DNA from: a virus
Lineage: Duplodnaviria > Caudoviricetes
Reading direction: 5' to 3' (one strand)
DNA: 41,234 nucleotides
Virus record (IMG/VR): IMGVR_UViG_3300045006_000100
Location: 1-41,234 of that record
Shown here: positions 27,180 to 35,991 of the stretch, piece by piece
Layout of the letters: every line of letters starts with the position of its first letter
Numbering within the stretch: the stretch's first letter is position 1
The notes under the pieces: generated by a model
Told to the model about the DNA's origin: nothing
Database searches by the model: none
What the model saw: only the letters and a program-made list of their open reading frames with translations
Made by a program: the position numbers and the translations under genes

Positions 27180-27374
27180 ATGGGCATCAAAATCATGAGA
27201 GCCAGCGCTGTGATGACGAGCGACAAAACCTGGGGGATGACCATACCCAAGGTCTGGGCCGATGACATCGGGCTGAAGAAGGGCGACAAAATCGACATCT
27301 ACCGCGAGCAGGACGACTCCCTTGTCCTTGTGCGCGTCCCGGCCAGCGAGATCACCAAGGAGGCCGCGTCGTGA
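27180..27374 (+). CDS. AbrB/MazE/SpoVT-family DNA-binding protein in the Cro position
   Basis: SD GGAGG; MTIPKVWADDIGLKKGDKIDIY....LVL signature. Confidence 0.85.
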   Translation: MGIKIMRASAVMTSDKTWGMTIPKVWADDIGLKKGDKIDIYREQDDSLVLVRVPASEITKEAAS

Positions 27375-27862
27375 CCACAAAACAGATTGCTGAGGCAGTC
27401 GGCCAAACTGAGAGAAGTGTCCAAATGTGGGCCAAAAAGTCCGGCGAAAAAATTTCGTCCATCAACGAAAAAATTTCGTCCAGCTCATCCCGCTACCCTG
27501 CCGACTACACCCTGGATGAGGTCTGCCAGATCATCGAGACCGGCCTGGGCAAAGCCGCCGCCGACGTGTACCGCACCAATGCGGCCACCGCCGAGCTGTT
27601 GACCCGACCGCAGCCAGTTACCGATCGGTTGCCGTCCGGAGCGCAGATGAACGCCATGGCGCGCATTTACGGCCCACAGGAAGCCGGACGCATCATCAAG
27701 CAGCTGATCGGTGTGCGCTTTGCCGAGTCCGATTTCGCGGCGGAAGGCACCGAGTCGGTCAAGCGCGAGATCATCCGCCAGACTATCGGCGCAGCACACG
27801 CCATCGCCACCAGGGAAATCGCCAAAGCCGAGCGCGAATCGAAGCAAGGGAGGCTGTTGTGA
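27371..27862 (+). CDS. N-terminal HTH DNA-binding protein
   Basis: MTTKQIAEAVGQTERSVQMWAKK; internal 17-bp direct repeat. Confidence 0.72.
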   Translation: MTTKQIAEAVGQTERSVQMWAKKSGEKISSINEKISSSSSRYPADYTLDEVCQIIETGLGKAAADVYRTNAATAELLTRPQPVTDRLPSGAQMNAMARIYGPQEAGRIIKQLIGVRFAESDFAAEGTESVKREIIRQTIGAAHAIATREIAKAERESKQGRLL

Positions 27863-28605
27863 ACACCGCCGCCACCTACCGCCCGAAGGACAAAAGCCTG
27901 ACCATGGACAGCCGGGAAATCGCAGAGATCGTCGGCGTTCGTCATGACAATGTGCTTAGGGATATTCGGACACAGCTTGGACAGCTTCCTGGGGGTGTCC
28001 TCAGATTTGAGGACACCTACCAGAACGAGCAGAACGGCCAGACCTACCGCTGCTTCAAGCTCCCCTACCGGGAGACCATGATCCTGGTGAGCGGGTACAG
28101 CGTCGAGCTTCGCGCCAAGGTGGTGGACCGCTGGATAGAGCTGGAGCGCCAAGCCGCCATCGACTGCTTCAATGTACCGCGAGACTTCGCGTCGGCCTTG
28201 CGCCTCGCGGCCGAGCAGGCTGACCAGATTGCTGCACAGGCGAAGCAGATCGAGGTAATGGCCCCCAAGGCCGACTACTTTGACGCGGTGGCGTCCAGCA
28301 AGACCGCCATCCACATGAACGACGTTGCCAAGTCCATTGACGTGCCCGGAATGGGTCGAAACAACCTGTTTTCCTTCCTCCGCGAGCATGGCGTCCTAAT
28401 GCTGGATAACCGGCCCTACCAGGAGCACGTGGATTCAGGCCGGTTCCGCGTCGTGCAGGCAAGCTACCAGAACAGCAAGGGCGAGACGGTCATTACCCAC
28501 ACCACGCTGGTGTACCAGAAGGGCGTCGCCTACATTCTCAAGCTGCTGGCCGACAATGGCCACAATGTCCGCGCCAAAGTGGCGCCGGAAGGGGGCGCCG
28601 CATGA
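27859..28605 (+). CDS. Rha-domain / ANT (KilA-C) antirepressor
   Basis: MDSREIAE..G.RHDNVLRDI (Rha); PKADYFDAV...VAK...GRNNLFSFLRE...PYQ...KG (ANT). Confidence 0.92.
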   Translation: MNTAATYRPKDKSLTMDSREIAEIVGVRHDNVLRDIRTQLGQLPGGVLRFEDTYQNEQNGQTYRCFKLPYRETMILVSGYSVELRAKVVDRWIELERQAAIDCFNVPRDFASALRLAAEQADQIAAQAKQIEVMAPKADYFDAVASSKTAIHMNDVAKSIDVPGMGRNNLFSFLREHGVLMLDNRPYQEHVDSGRFRVVQASYQNSKGETVITHTTLVYQKGVAYILKLLADNGHNVRAKVAPEGGAA

Positions 28606-28760
28606 CCGCAGCCACCTTCCGCCGTAAAGCCGAGCTGTGCCGCCTGGCCGCCCGGCGCTGCACCAATACCGCCATGGCCGCTGTCTGGATGCGGCACCAT
28701 GACCGCCTCATTACTAAGGCCCTGCGCATCGAGCGCGAGTTCGGGAGGGTGCCGGCATGA
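28602..28760 (+). CDS. Small basic hypothetical protein (52 aa, not in the ORF track)
   Basis: ATGA-coupled at both ends; MTAATFRRKAELCRLAARR... Confidence 0.6.
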   Translation: MTAATFRRKAELCRLAARRCTNTAMAAVWMRHHDRLITKALRIEREFGRVPA

Positions 28761-28969
28761 GCGCCAAGCCCACCATGACCATCGACACTGCACCCGACCC
28801 CATGACACCCGCCGAAGTCGCGGAGGTTCTGCGCATCGGCCGTACTAGCGTGTTCGCATTGTGCAACGGTGGATTCCTGCGCCACCTGCGCGTCGGCATG
28901 GGCCCACGCGGCCGCGTCCTCATATACAAGGACGACCTGCGCAAATGGATCGAGGCGAACAAGCGATAA
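28757..28969 (+). CDS. Excisionase-like HTH_17 protein
   Basis: MTPAEVAEVLRIGRTSVFAL...G.L...RVG...LI.K.DL..WI. Confidence 0.85.
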   Translation: MSAKPTMTIDTAPDPMTPAEVAEVLRIGRTSVFALCNGGFLRHLRVGMGPRGRVLIYKDDLRKWIEANKR

Positions 28970-29008
28970 ATCCGCCGCCGTCACATCGAACGAAAACTGG
29001 GGGACACC

Positions 29009-31633
29009 GTGGCCGGCATCTTCGACCAGGCCAGGGCCTGCATCAACGCGGGACTGGTCGAGCATTTTACCAACTCACCCGGGGCGTACTGGCAAGGCCC
29101 GGAATTCTTCACCCGCAACCCTCTCCGGGGAGACCAGAACATTGGCAGCTTCTCGATCAACGAGAACGGTCTGTGGCACGACTTTGCTGGGCCATCATCC
29201 GGCGACCTGGTCGACCTGCTGGTTGACATGCGCGGGTACGAGAAGCGCCAGGCGGCCGAGGAGATCATCCGCGCAGCAGGTGGCGTAGTCCAGGACGATG
29301 GAGCGCCAGCCAAGACCGGCAGGGCACCCAAGAAGGACCGGCCCAAGCCCGTCCTGCCGGTGCCGGAAGCCAAACTGGCGCGCCTGCAGGATACCTTGAA
29401 GTCGCCCTGGGCAACCGAAAAGCACGGAAAGGCCGTGAAGGGCTGGACCTACCGCCAGGCCGACGGCGGCGCCGTGTTCTGTGTCGTCCGCTGGGAGCGC
29501 CCGGACGGTAGCAAGGACGTCATCCCGTACTTTTACGGCGCCGACGACAAGTGGCACGAAGGCAACGCCTACGAGCACGGCCGGCCGCTGTTCAAGCTTG
29601 ACCAGGTGGTCAAGGCGGATAAGAGCGTGCCGGTGCTGGTCGTCGAGGGCGAGAAATGCGCCAGCATCGACGTGGCCGGCTACATGGTCACTACCTGGCC
29701 GGGCGGGTGCAGCGCCACCGGCAAGGTGGACTGGGCGCCACTGGAGGGCCGCCAGGTGGTTATCTGGCCGGATGCGGACAACCACAAGGACAAGTCCGGA
29801 CGCGTGTTGCCGTGGGCCGACCAGCCGGGCATGAAGGCCGCCATGGCCATCGCCCGCCGGTTGCCTGGTGCGCGAATTCTGAACGTCAAGGAAAAGGCCG
29901 TAACCAAGAACGGCTGGGACATTGCCGACGCTGTCGCCGATGGTATCGACCCGGTGGCATTCATCGCCGCCAACATGCCGCGGGAGGCTGACGCATCAGG
30001 CGACCGCCCGGGAGACGCCGGCGAGTTCGCGTGTCTGGGCCATGATGGGGCACACCACTGGTTCCTACGCCGAGGCGTGCGCGTCCTGTACAAGATCGCG
30101 CTGGGGTCGTTCAACGCCAGCAAGATCGGGACGCTGGCGCCGCTGGAATACTGGCAGCGTTCGGACATGACCAACGACCAGAACAACATCCGCGTGGCCG
30201 CCGCCCAAAACTTTATCGAGGGCCTGTCGTTCGGCGTTGGCCAGTACCGGCCGGAGCGCATCCGGGGCGCCGGTGTGTGGCGCGACAAGGACGGGTTCCT
30301 GATCAACGATGGTAGCCGCATCATCATGCACGACGGCGCCGTCACGCCGTTCGATGAGTACCGGACCGAGCACCACTACATCAGCTCCAGCGTGGAGTTC
30401 GCCGGCATGACCGGGCCGGAGTCGACCGCCGCAGAGGGCAAGACGCTGGCGCGCTTGTTCGACGTGCAGGGCTGGGCCACTCCGGCGCAGGCTGTCCTGG
30501 CCATGGGCTGGTCGTTGATCGCTCCGTTCGGCGGCGTGTTGCGCTGGCGCCCGCACATCTGGGTGACCGGCCGGCGCGGTTCCGGCAAGACCTGGGCGCT
30601 GAACGACCTGATCTACCCGCTGTGCGGACAGTTTGCCCACAAGGGTAGCGGCAAGGACTCCGAGGCGGGCGTCCGCCGGTCCCTGGATATGGACGCCCGG
30701 CCGGTCATCCTGGACGAGATGGAGCCCAAGGGCCAGCGGGCCGCCGACCGGGTGTCGGCCATCCTGGACCTGGCGCGCAACGCCAGCTCCGACGGTTCCG
30801 GCTACATCACCTTGGCCAGCCACGACGGGGGGACGCAGCGCTTCGTGGTCCGGTCCTGCTTCTGCTTTGGTTCCATCCAGACACCGGACGAGGGAGCGGC
30901 CATCGCGTCGCGCATCAGCCGCCTGGAATTGAAGGCACCGACTGACCAGGCCGCGAAGTTCCGCGCGTCGGCCGCGCTGTACGCCGAGTGCATGGACGAC
31001 CCGGGCCGGTATCGCCGGCGCATCTTCCGGGCCTTGCCGCGCATTCTGCAGGACATCGAGTGGCTACGCTCCGACTTCCTGCACCTGTTCGGCGAGCAGC
31101 GCCGGGCCGACCAGTACGCCCCCATGCTTGCCGCCTCCTGGGCCGCCCAGTCGGACGACTCCATGCAAAGCCCCGCCGGCTTGGACTGGTTCGCCGCGCT
31201 GACCCCGCACCTGTCGGCTGACACCGACACGGCCCGTGACGACGAAGAGGCGGTCATCGACCATATTCTGGCGGCCCACGTCCGGCACGATACCGGGATT
31301 CTCACCATCGGCGAACTACTGCACAAGGGCTATGTCGAGCACGTCGCCTGGGCACAGGACTTGCTGGCCCGCTACGGCCTACGGGTCTACAGCGGCGGCC
31401 TGGCCATCCAGGCCAAGTCCGACCAGATCCGCACGCTGTTGAAGGACACCCCATATTCAAGCGGCTATGGCGCGCAGATCCGCCGCCATCGCTTGAGCCT
31501 TGGCGACACCACCAAACAGGTGCGCATGGCCGGTCAGGCCCGGGCGCAATGCTACGTCCTGCACTGGGCGCAGTTCAAATCTGAGTACATCGAGGAAGCG
31601 GAGCCGGAATTACCGGACCTGCCGCCATTCTGA
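29009..31633 (+). CDS. DNA primase-helicase (TOPRIM plus P-loop ATPase)
   Basis: NPLRGD..GSFSIN...WHDF N-terminus; VVEGEK and IWPDAD (TOPRIM); GRRGSGKT and VILDE (Walker A/B). Confidence 0.9.
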   Translation: MAGIFDQARACINAGLVEHFTNSPGAYWQGPEFFTRNPLRGDQNIGSFSINENGLWHDFAGPSSGDLVDLLVDMRGYEKRQAAEEIIRAAGGVVQDDGAPAKTGRAPKKDRPKPVLPVPEAKLARLQDTLKSPWATEKHGKAVKGWTYRQADGGAVFCVVRWERPDGSKDVIPYFYGADDKWHEGNAYEHGRPLFKLDQVVKADKSVPVLVVEGEKCASIDVAGYMVTTWPGGCSATGKVDWAPLEGRQVVIWPDADNHKDKSGRVLPWADQPGMKAAMAIARRLPGARILNVKEKAVTKNGWDIADAVADGIDPVAFIAANMPREADASGDRPGDAGEFACLGHDGAHHWFLRRGVRVLYKIALGSFNASKIGTLAPLEYWQRSDMTNDQNNIRVAAAQNFIEGLSFGVGQYRPERIRGAGVWRDKDGFLINDGSRIIMHDGAVTPFDEYRTEHHYISSSVEFAGMTGPESTAAEGKTLARLFDVQGWATPAQAVLAMGWSLIAPFGGVLRWRPHIWVTGRRGSGKTWALNDLIYPLCGQFAHKGSGKDSEAGVRRSLDMDARPVILDEMEPKGQRAADRVSAILDLARNASSDGSGYITLASHDGGTQRFVVRSCFCFGSIQTPDEGAAIASRISRLELKAPTDQAAKFRASAALYAECMDDPGRYRRRIFRALPRILQDIEWLRSDFLHLFGEQRRADQYAPMLAASWAAQSDDSMQSPAGLDWFAALTPHLSADTDTARDDEEAVIDHILAAHVRHDTGILTIGELLHKGYVEHVAWAQDLLARYGLRVYSGGLAIQAKSDQIRTLLKDTPYSSGYGAQIRRHRLSLGDTTKQVRMAGQARAQCYVLHWAQFKSEYIEEAEPELPDLPPF

Positions 31634-31643
31634 GGAGGAACGC

Positions 31644-32042
31644 ATGGGCAGCAAAGAAGGCAACGTCATCGCGCGCGTCCTGGTCGACGTGAGCGCCAAG
31701 GGCTGGCGCATGTTCCGCAACACCGTGGGGCAGGCATGGGCCGGCAAGGCCGAGCAGGTGGTTGGTGGCGGTGTCATGATCAAGCGACCGCAGCGCATCA
31801 CTTACGGCCTGGCTGTCGGGTCGTCCGACCTGGTGGGCTGGCGCACTGTGCGCATCACCCCGGACATGGTGGGCAAGACCATTGCCCAGTTCGTGGCCAT
31901 CGAGTGCAAGACCGCGGCCTACCCGGACACCACCCTGGAGCAGGACAACTGGCTGGAGGCTGTGTCGGCCGCCGGCGGAGCGTCGTACCTGGCATGTGAG
32001 GATCCGGACGGCATCCGCATGTACGAGATCGACGCGCCATGA
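31644..32042 (+). CDS. VRR-NUC domain nuclease
   Basis: FRNTVG, GSSDLVG, AIECK and EQ.NW...V..AGG motifs; SD GAGGAGG. Confidence 0.9.
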   Translation: MGSKEGNVIARVLVDVSAKGWRMFRNTVGQAWAGKAEQVVGGGVMIKRPQRITYGLAVGSSDLVGWRTVRITPDMVGKTIAQFVAIECKTAAYPDTTLEQDNWLEAVSAAGGASYLACEDPDGIRMYEIDAP

Positions 32043-32182
32043 AAATCTGGATAGTCCCGACCTGCCGGCTGTGCGGACGGCCGCTCAAAACCAGGGAGTC
32101 GATCAAGCGCGGTGTAGGGCCGGAGTGTCTGCGGCGCGACAAGCAACAGTTTCGGCTATTCCCGGAGGATGAGAAGAAATGA
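32039..32182 (+). CDS. Small zinc-finger protein (DUF6011-like; not in the ORF track)
   Basis: CRLCGRPLKTRESIKRGVGPEC; ATGA-coupled at both ends. Confidence 0.8.
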   Translation: MKIWIVPTCRLCGRPLKTRESIKRGVGPECLRRDKQQFRLFPEDEKK

Positions 32183-33687
32183 TCGGCCTGCGCCAATACC
32201 AAGACGACCTGGTCAACCGCATCCGCGCCAGCTTGGGGGCCGGCCACAAGGCACCGCTGGTGGTGGCGCCTACCGGAGCGGGCAAAACTAGGGTGTTCAG
32301 CCACATCGCCGCCGGCGCACGGGAGAAGCGCAACCATGTGTTGATCCTGACGCACCGGCGGGAAATCCTGCAGCAAACCATCAAGACGCTGTATAGCCTG
32401 GGCGTGCCAGCCGGCCAGATCATGACCGGCAAGCCGATGACCTCCGACCTGATCCAGGTGGCGAGCGTCCAGACGCTGGTGCGCCGGCTGCACCTGGTCA
32501 AGCGGCCGGAATTGATCATCACCGACGAGGCCCACCATACCACCGAGAAGAACACCTGGGGCCGGATCCACACCTACTGGTCGAGCGTGCCGAACATCGG
32601 TTTCAGCGCGACACCGGCACGCCTGGACGGACAAGGCCTTGGTGACTGCTATGACGACCTGATCGTCGGACCGTCGCTGCAGTGGCTGGTTGACCAAGGT
32701 TGGCTATCCTACCCGGCCCTGTACCGGCCGCCGGAGGAAGTCGCGCAGACCTACCACGTCAAGCGCGGCGACTTCGACGCCGGTGAGCAATTCCAGGCCA
32801 TGAGCAGCCGCAAGATCGTCGGCGACGTAGTGACCCACTACCGCCGGCACATGGACGGCCAGCCGGTCATCGTGTCATGCGTGAGCGTCGAGCACGCCAA
32901 GTTGATGGCCGACGTGTTCACCGAGGCCGGCTACCGGTCGCGGCCCGTGTGGGGCGACATGGACGACAAGGAGCGCGAGGTCAGCCTGGGCGGCCTGGGC
33001 GACGGTAGCGTCCAGGTGGTCACCTTCGCCGACCTGATCGGCGAGGGCGTCGACATTCCGGCAGTTGCCGGCGTCATCCTATTGCGGCGGACGCTTTCCC
33101 TGAGCTTATACCTCCAGATCGTCGGCCGGGCCCTGCGGCCGGTCTACGCCGCCGGCGCCGACATGGACAGCATCGAAGGGCGTCTGGCGGGCCAGCACGA
33201 GGGACCGAAGCCGAAGGCCATCATTCTGGACCACGCGGGCAACTATCACCTGCATGGTCATGTCCTGGCCGCCAGGGAATGGAGCCTGGAAGGCGTCAAG
33301 CGGGCCGCCAAGACCGAGAAGCCACCGACGACGACCGCTTGTCCGAAATGCTACGGCGTGTGGCCGGGGACTCCGCGCGTCTGCCCCGCCTGCGGCTATG
33401 CCTTCACCGAGGCCGCGCCGCGCAAGACCAAGGACATCAAGATCATCGCCGGTGAGCTGGTGGAGGCTGGCCTGGGCGAGGACGCCGCCGACCAAGCCGC
33501 GGCCTTTGTCGCGTCGATCATGCGGATGGACAGCACGCAGCGCCAGAAGGCCATGTTGGGCCGGGCCTTCGCACTGGCCGGCCAGGACGGCGGCCGAGAC
33601 ACCATCAAGGCCCTGGCGGCGGCCGTTGGCTACAAGCAGGGCTGGGCAGACTGGGCGTGGAAGTACACTCAAGGCCGCCGGGCATGA
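32179..33687 (+). CDS. SF2 DEAH helicase with C-terminal zinc finger
   Basis: LRQYQ, PTGAGKT, DEAH, SAT, EGVDIP, QIVGRALR and CPKC...CPAC motifs. Confidence 0.95.
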   Translation: MIGLRQYQDDLVNRIRASLGAGHKAPLVVAPTGAGKTRVFSHIAAGAREKRNHVLILTHRREILQQTIKTLYSLGVPAGQIMTGKPMTSDLIQVASVQTLVRRLHLVKRPELIITDEAHHTTEKNTWGRIHTYWSSVPNIGFSATPARLDGQGLGDCYDDLIVGPSLQWLVDQGWLSYPALYRPPEEVAQTYHVKRGDFDAGEQFQAMSSRKIVGDVVTHYRRHMDGQPVIVSCVSVEHAKLMADVFTEAGYRSRPVWGDMDDKEREVSLGGLGDGSVQVVTFADLIGEGVDIPAVAGVILLRRTLSLSLYLQIVGRALRPVYAAGADMDSIEGRLAGQHEGPKPKAIILDHAGNYHLHGHVLAAREWSLEGVKRAAKTEKPPTTTACPKCYGVWPGTPRVCPACGYAFTEAAPRKTKDIKIIAGELVEAGLGEDAADQAAAFVASIMRMDSTQRQKAMLGRAFALAGQDGGRDTIKALAAAVGYKQGWADWAWKYTQGRRA

Positions 33688-34181
33688 GCGAGCATCCCGT
33701 CCAGCCATTCCAGTTCGGCATCGCAGGCCGCCACACCGCGGTGGGCAATGGCCAGAAGCCAGGGATCGGACATGCCGGGAATGCTCGCCGCCAACGATGC
33801 GCGCTTTTCGGTCGTGTCGGCCCGGTATTGCTCCAGGTAGGCGACCTGGTCGGGGCGTGGCACCATGTCGAACAAGGCCAGCCGCAACGTCAAATCGTCT
33901 TTGATGCGCACTTGGCAGCCGCAGGGTGATGCGAGCCATTCCGCCAAGGTGGCCCGTCCGGCCGGAGTGATGCTGTAGACATGCTTGCCGGATGCGCGCT
34001 CGCTGGGCTCGCTGGATTTTTCAACCAGGCCGGCGACTTCCAGTCGGCCGAGGGCCGGGTAGAGTTGGCCGAAGCTGATGGACCATTCACCGCCGAGGGA
34101 CTGGCCGAAGCGCTGGCGAATGTCGTAACCGTGCAGTGGCTCCCGGGAGAGTATCCCGAGAAGGGCGTGAGTGAGTGACAT
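33669..34181 (-). CDS. PadR-family transcriptional regulator (long, AphA-like C-terminal domain)
   Basis: LLGIL...PLHGYDI...F......W..SFGQLYPAL.RLE..GLV, KHVYSIT..GR..L.EWL and AELEWL. ATG 34181 has no SD. Confidence 0.93.
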   Translation of the reverse strand: MSLTHALLGILSREPLHGYDIRQRFGQSLGGEWSISFGQLYPALGRLEVAGLVEKSSEPSERASGKHVYSITPAGRATLAEWLASPCGCQVRIKDDLTLRLALFDMVPRPDQVAYLEQYRADTTEKRASLAASIPGMSDPWLLAIAHRGVAACDAELEWLDGMLAHARRP

Positions 34182-34205
34182 ATCTATATATATCGGATAT
34201 AACTC

Positions 34206-34233
34206 TTGCAACTTTATATCACTGTGATATAAT
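34206..34233 (+). promoter_or_regulatory. Strong promoter with operator copy 4 (TTATATCACTGTGATATAA, perfect, 34214-34232)
   Basis: TTGCAA-N16-TATAAT with TG extension, between the divergent PadR and exonuclease genes. Confidence 0.88.
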
Positions 34234-34258
34234 TATCTAACAGGAGGACGGCAGATAA

Positions 34259-35311
34259 ATGAACCGTTACACCAAAATACGCGACTTCCACGGCGAACGC
34301 GCCAAGGGCGTCGGCTCCAGCGACATCCCGGTACTGTCCGGGCTGACCAAGCAATACGGCAGCACACCACTCCGGCTGTGGGAGCAGAAGACCGGCCGAA
34401 CCGAGCCTTGGTCCGGCAACGCCCGCACCGCCTGGGGCCACAAGCTGGAGGGCATGGTCCTGCGGGAGTTCCTGGCCAACCGCTATGGCGAGGAAGCGGC
34501 CGACCAGTTCCTGACCGCGAAGCGCCGGGGCAAGTCCATCGGCCCCTGGAAAACCGACACCGAGTGCCGCCACCCGGAGCGGGAATACTGCCTGGCCCAT
34601 GCTGACCTGTTGGTGGACGGAAACGAGCCTGGGGCACATGAAATGGAGCCTTTCATTGTCGAAGCCAAGACCACCGGCATGATGGCCGGCAAGCGCCGGG
34701 AAGGCCACATCTTCACCGGCTACGACCCGGACGACCTGACCGCCCAAGGGATTCCCGACAGCGTGTTCCTGCAGGTCCAGTGGCAAATGTACGTCTACGG
34801 TGTGCGCCTGGCGTGGGTTGCCGTCCTGATCGACACCGCCGACTACCGGGAGTATGGGCCCATTGTCGCCGATCCGCGCGTCCAGGAGAAGTGTCTGGCG
34901 CTTGCCGAACGGTTCTGGCAGCATGTCACCGACGACAAGCCGCCGGCTCCGGAGACATGGGACGACGTGGCCCGGCTATGGCCAGGCCAGACCGACACCA
35001 CCCGCCTGATCGCCGGCGACGAGGAAGCGCGCGTCCGCGAGATGATCGAGCGCGACAAGGCCTTGGCCGACCGGGTCAAGCAGTTGACCGCCGAGCGCGA
35101 CGACATCGAGAACGCCATCGGCATCCTGATCGGCGAAAACGCCATCCTGGCCAGCGCCGCGGGAGACGTCCTGGCCCGGCGCGGTATGTCAGCGCCGCGC
35201 TCCAGCATCGCCCCGTCGAAGGTGGAGAAGCAAGCCCCGGACCTGTTCAAGCAGTTGCAGGCCGCCGGCCTGGTCAGTGTGTCGGAATCCAAGCCGACGC
35301 TGAAATACTGA
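34259..35311 (+). CDS. YqaJ/lambda-exonuclease family protein
   Basis: GVGSSDI, LWEQKTG, WGHKLE, AHAD, EAKT and QVQWQM motifs; SD AGGAGG. Confidence 0.92.
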   Translation: MNRYTKIRDFHGERAKGVGSSDIPVLSGLTKQYGSTPLRLWEQKTGRTEPWSGNARTAWGHKLEGMVLREFLANRYGEEAADQFLTAKRRGKSIGPWKTDTECRHPEREYCLAHADLLVDGNEPGAHEMEPFIVEAKTTGMMAGKRREGHIFTGYDPDDLTAQGIPDSVFLQVQWQMYVYGVRLAWVAVLIDTADYREYGPIVADPRVQEKCLALAERFWQHVTDDKPPAPETWDDVARLWPGQTDTTRLIAGDEEARVREMIERDKALADRVKQLTAERDDIENAIGILIGENAILASAAGDVLARRGMSAPRSSIAPSKVEKQAPDLFKQLQAAGLVSVSESKPTLKY

Positions 35312-35318
35312 GGCCACT

Positions 35319-35543
35319 ATGGGTCGCTCGAAAAAAGACAAGGCCGCCCGCCGCATCGCCGCGCAGGTTGCCCGCGAGGCCCCCGGATTCGTCCCGCTGC
35401 CCCCGCGCTGGTGGGAGCGCTTACCGTTGATCGGCCGCAAGTTCACCGCCCGGCGCGAACGCCGCAACGTCCTGGGCTTGAAGGTGTTCCTGGCTGCCAA
35501 GCGCCACGCCCAGAAGAAGATCGCCCGCATTGTACGGTCATAA
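35319..35543 (+). CDS. Basic hypothetical protein
   Basis: 74 aa, SD GAGG. Confidence 0.6.
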   Translation: MGRSKKDKAARRIAAQVAREAPGFVPLPPRWWERLPLIGRKFTARRERRNVLGLKVFLAAKRHAQKKIARIVRS

Positions 35544-35552
35544 TTCATTCAT

Positions 35553-35571
35553 ATATATCACTGTGATATAT
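35553..35571. promoter_or_regulatory. Operator copy 5 (ATATATCACTGTGATATAT, perfect)
   Basis: 9-bp inverted arms in an AT-rich intergenic gap. Confidence 0.82.
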
Positions 35572-35618
35572 GCAAGCGACAGGAACGCATAGCGCATCTG
35601 AAAACCAAGGAGGTCATC

Positions 35619-35990
35619 GTGAACGTCGAGTCGAAGATCGTCACGCTGGACACCATCAACGGCGGCGCCGTTGTCGACCTGTTCGAGGAGGAGCTTACCA
35701 AGCTCTTGAAGAACATCGCCGACGACAACACCGACGCCGGAAAGGTCCGGAGCATCAGCATCAAGCTGTCGGTCAAGCCGAGCAGCGACCGCAGCAAGGC
35801 GGACACCAAGGTCGAAGTCACCAGCCGCCTGGCCCCGTTGAAGCCGCACGAGTCGTTCATCGTGCTGTCCAGCGACGGCAAGAGCATCCAGGCATTCACC
35901 ACGGCGCCCGTCAAGCAGCAGGAGCTGCCAGGCGTCAGCGACAACGTCCGGGAGTTCCCGGGGCAACAGGCCAGCGGAGGGGCCAAGTAA
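35619..35990 (+). CDS. Conserved-looking phage hypothetical protein
   Basis: SD AAGGAGGT before GTG; GGAV...F..EL...L.NIAD.NT....R.I.IKL pattern seen in phage early regions. Confidence 0.8.
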   Translation: MNVESKIVTLDTINGGAVVDLFEEELTKLLKNIADDNTDAGKVRSISIKLSVKPSSDRSKADTKVEVTSRLAPLKPHESFIVLSSDGKSIQAFTTAPVKQQELPGVSDNVREFPGQQASGGAK

Positions 35991-35991
35991 C

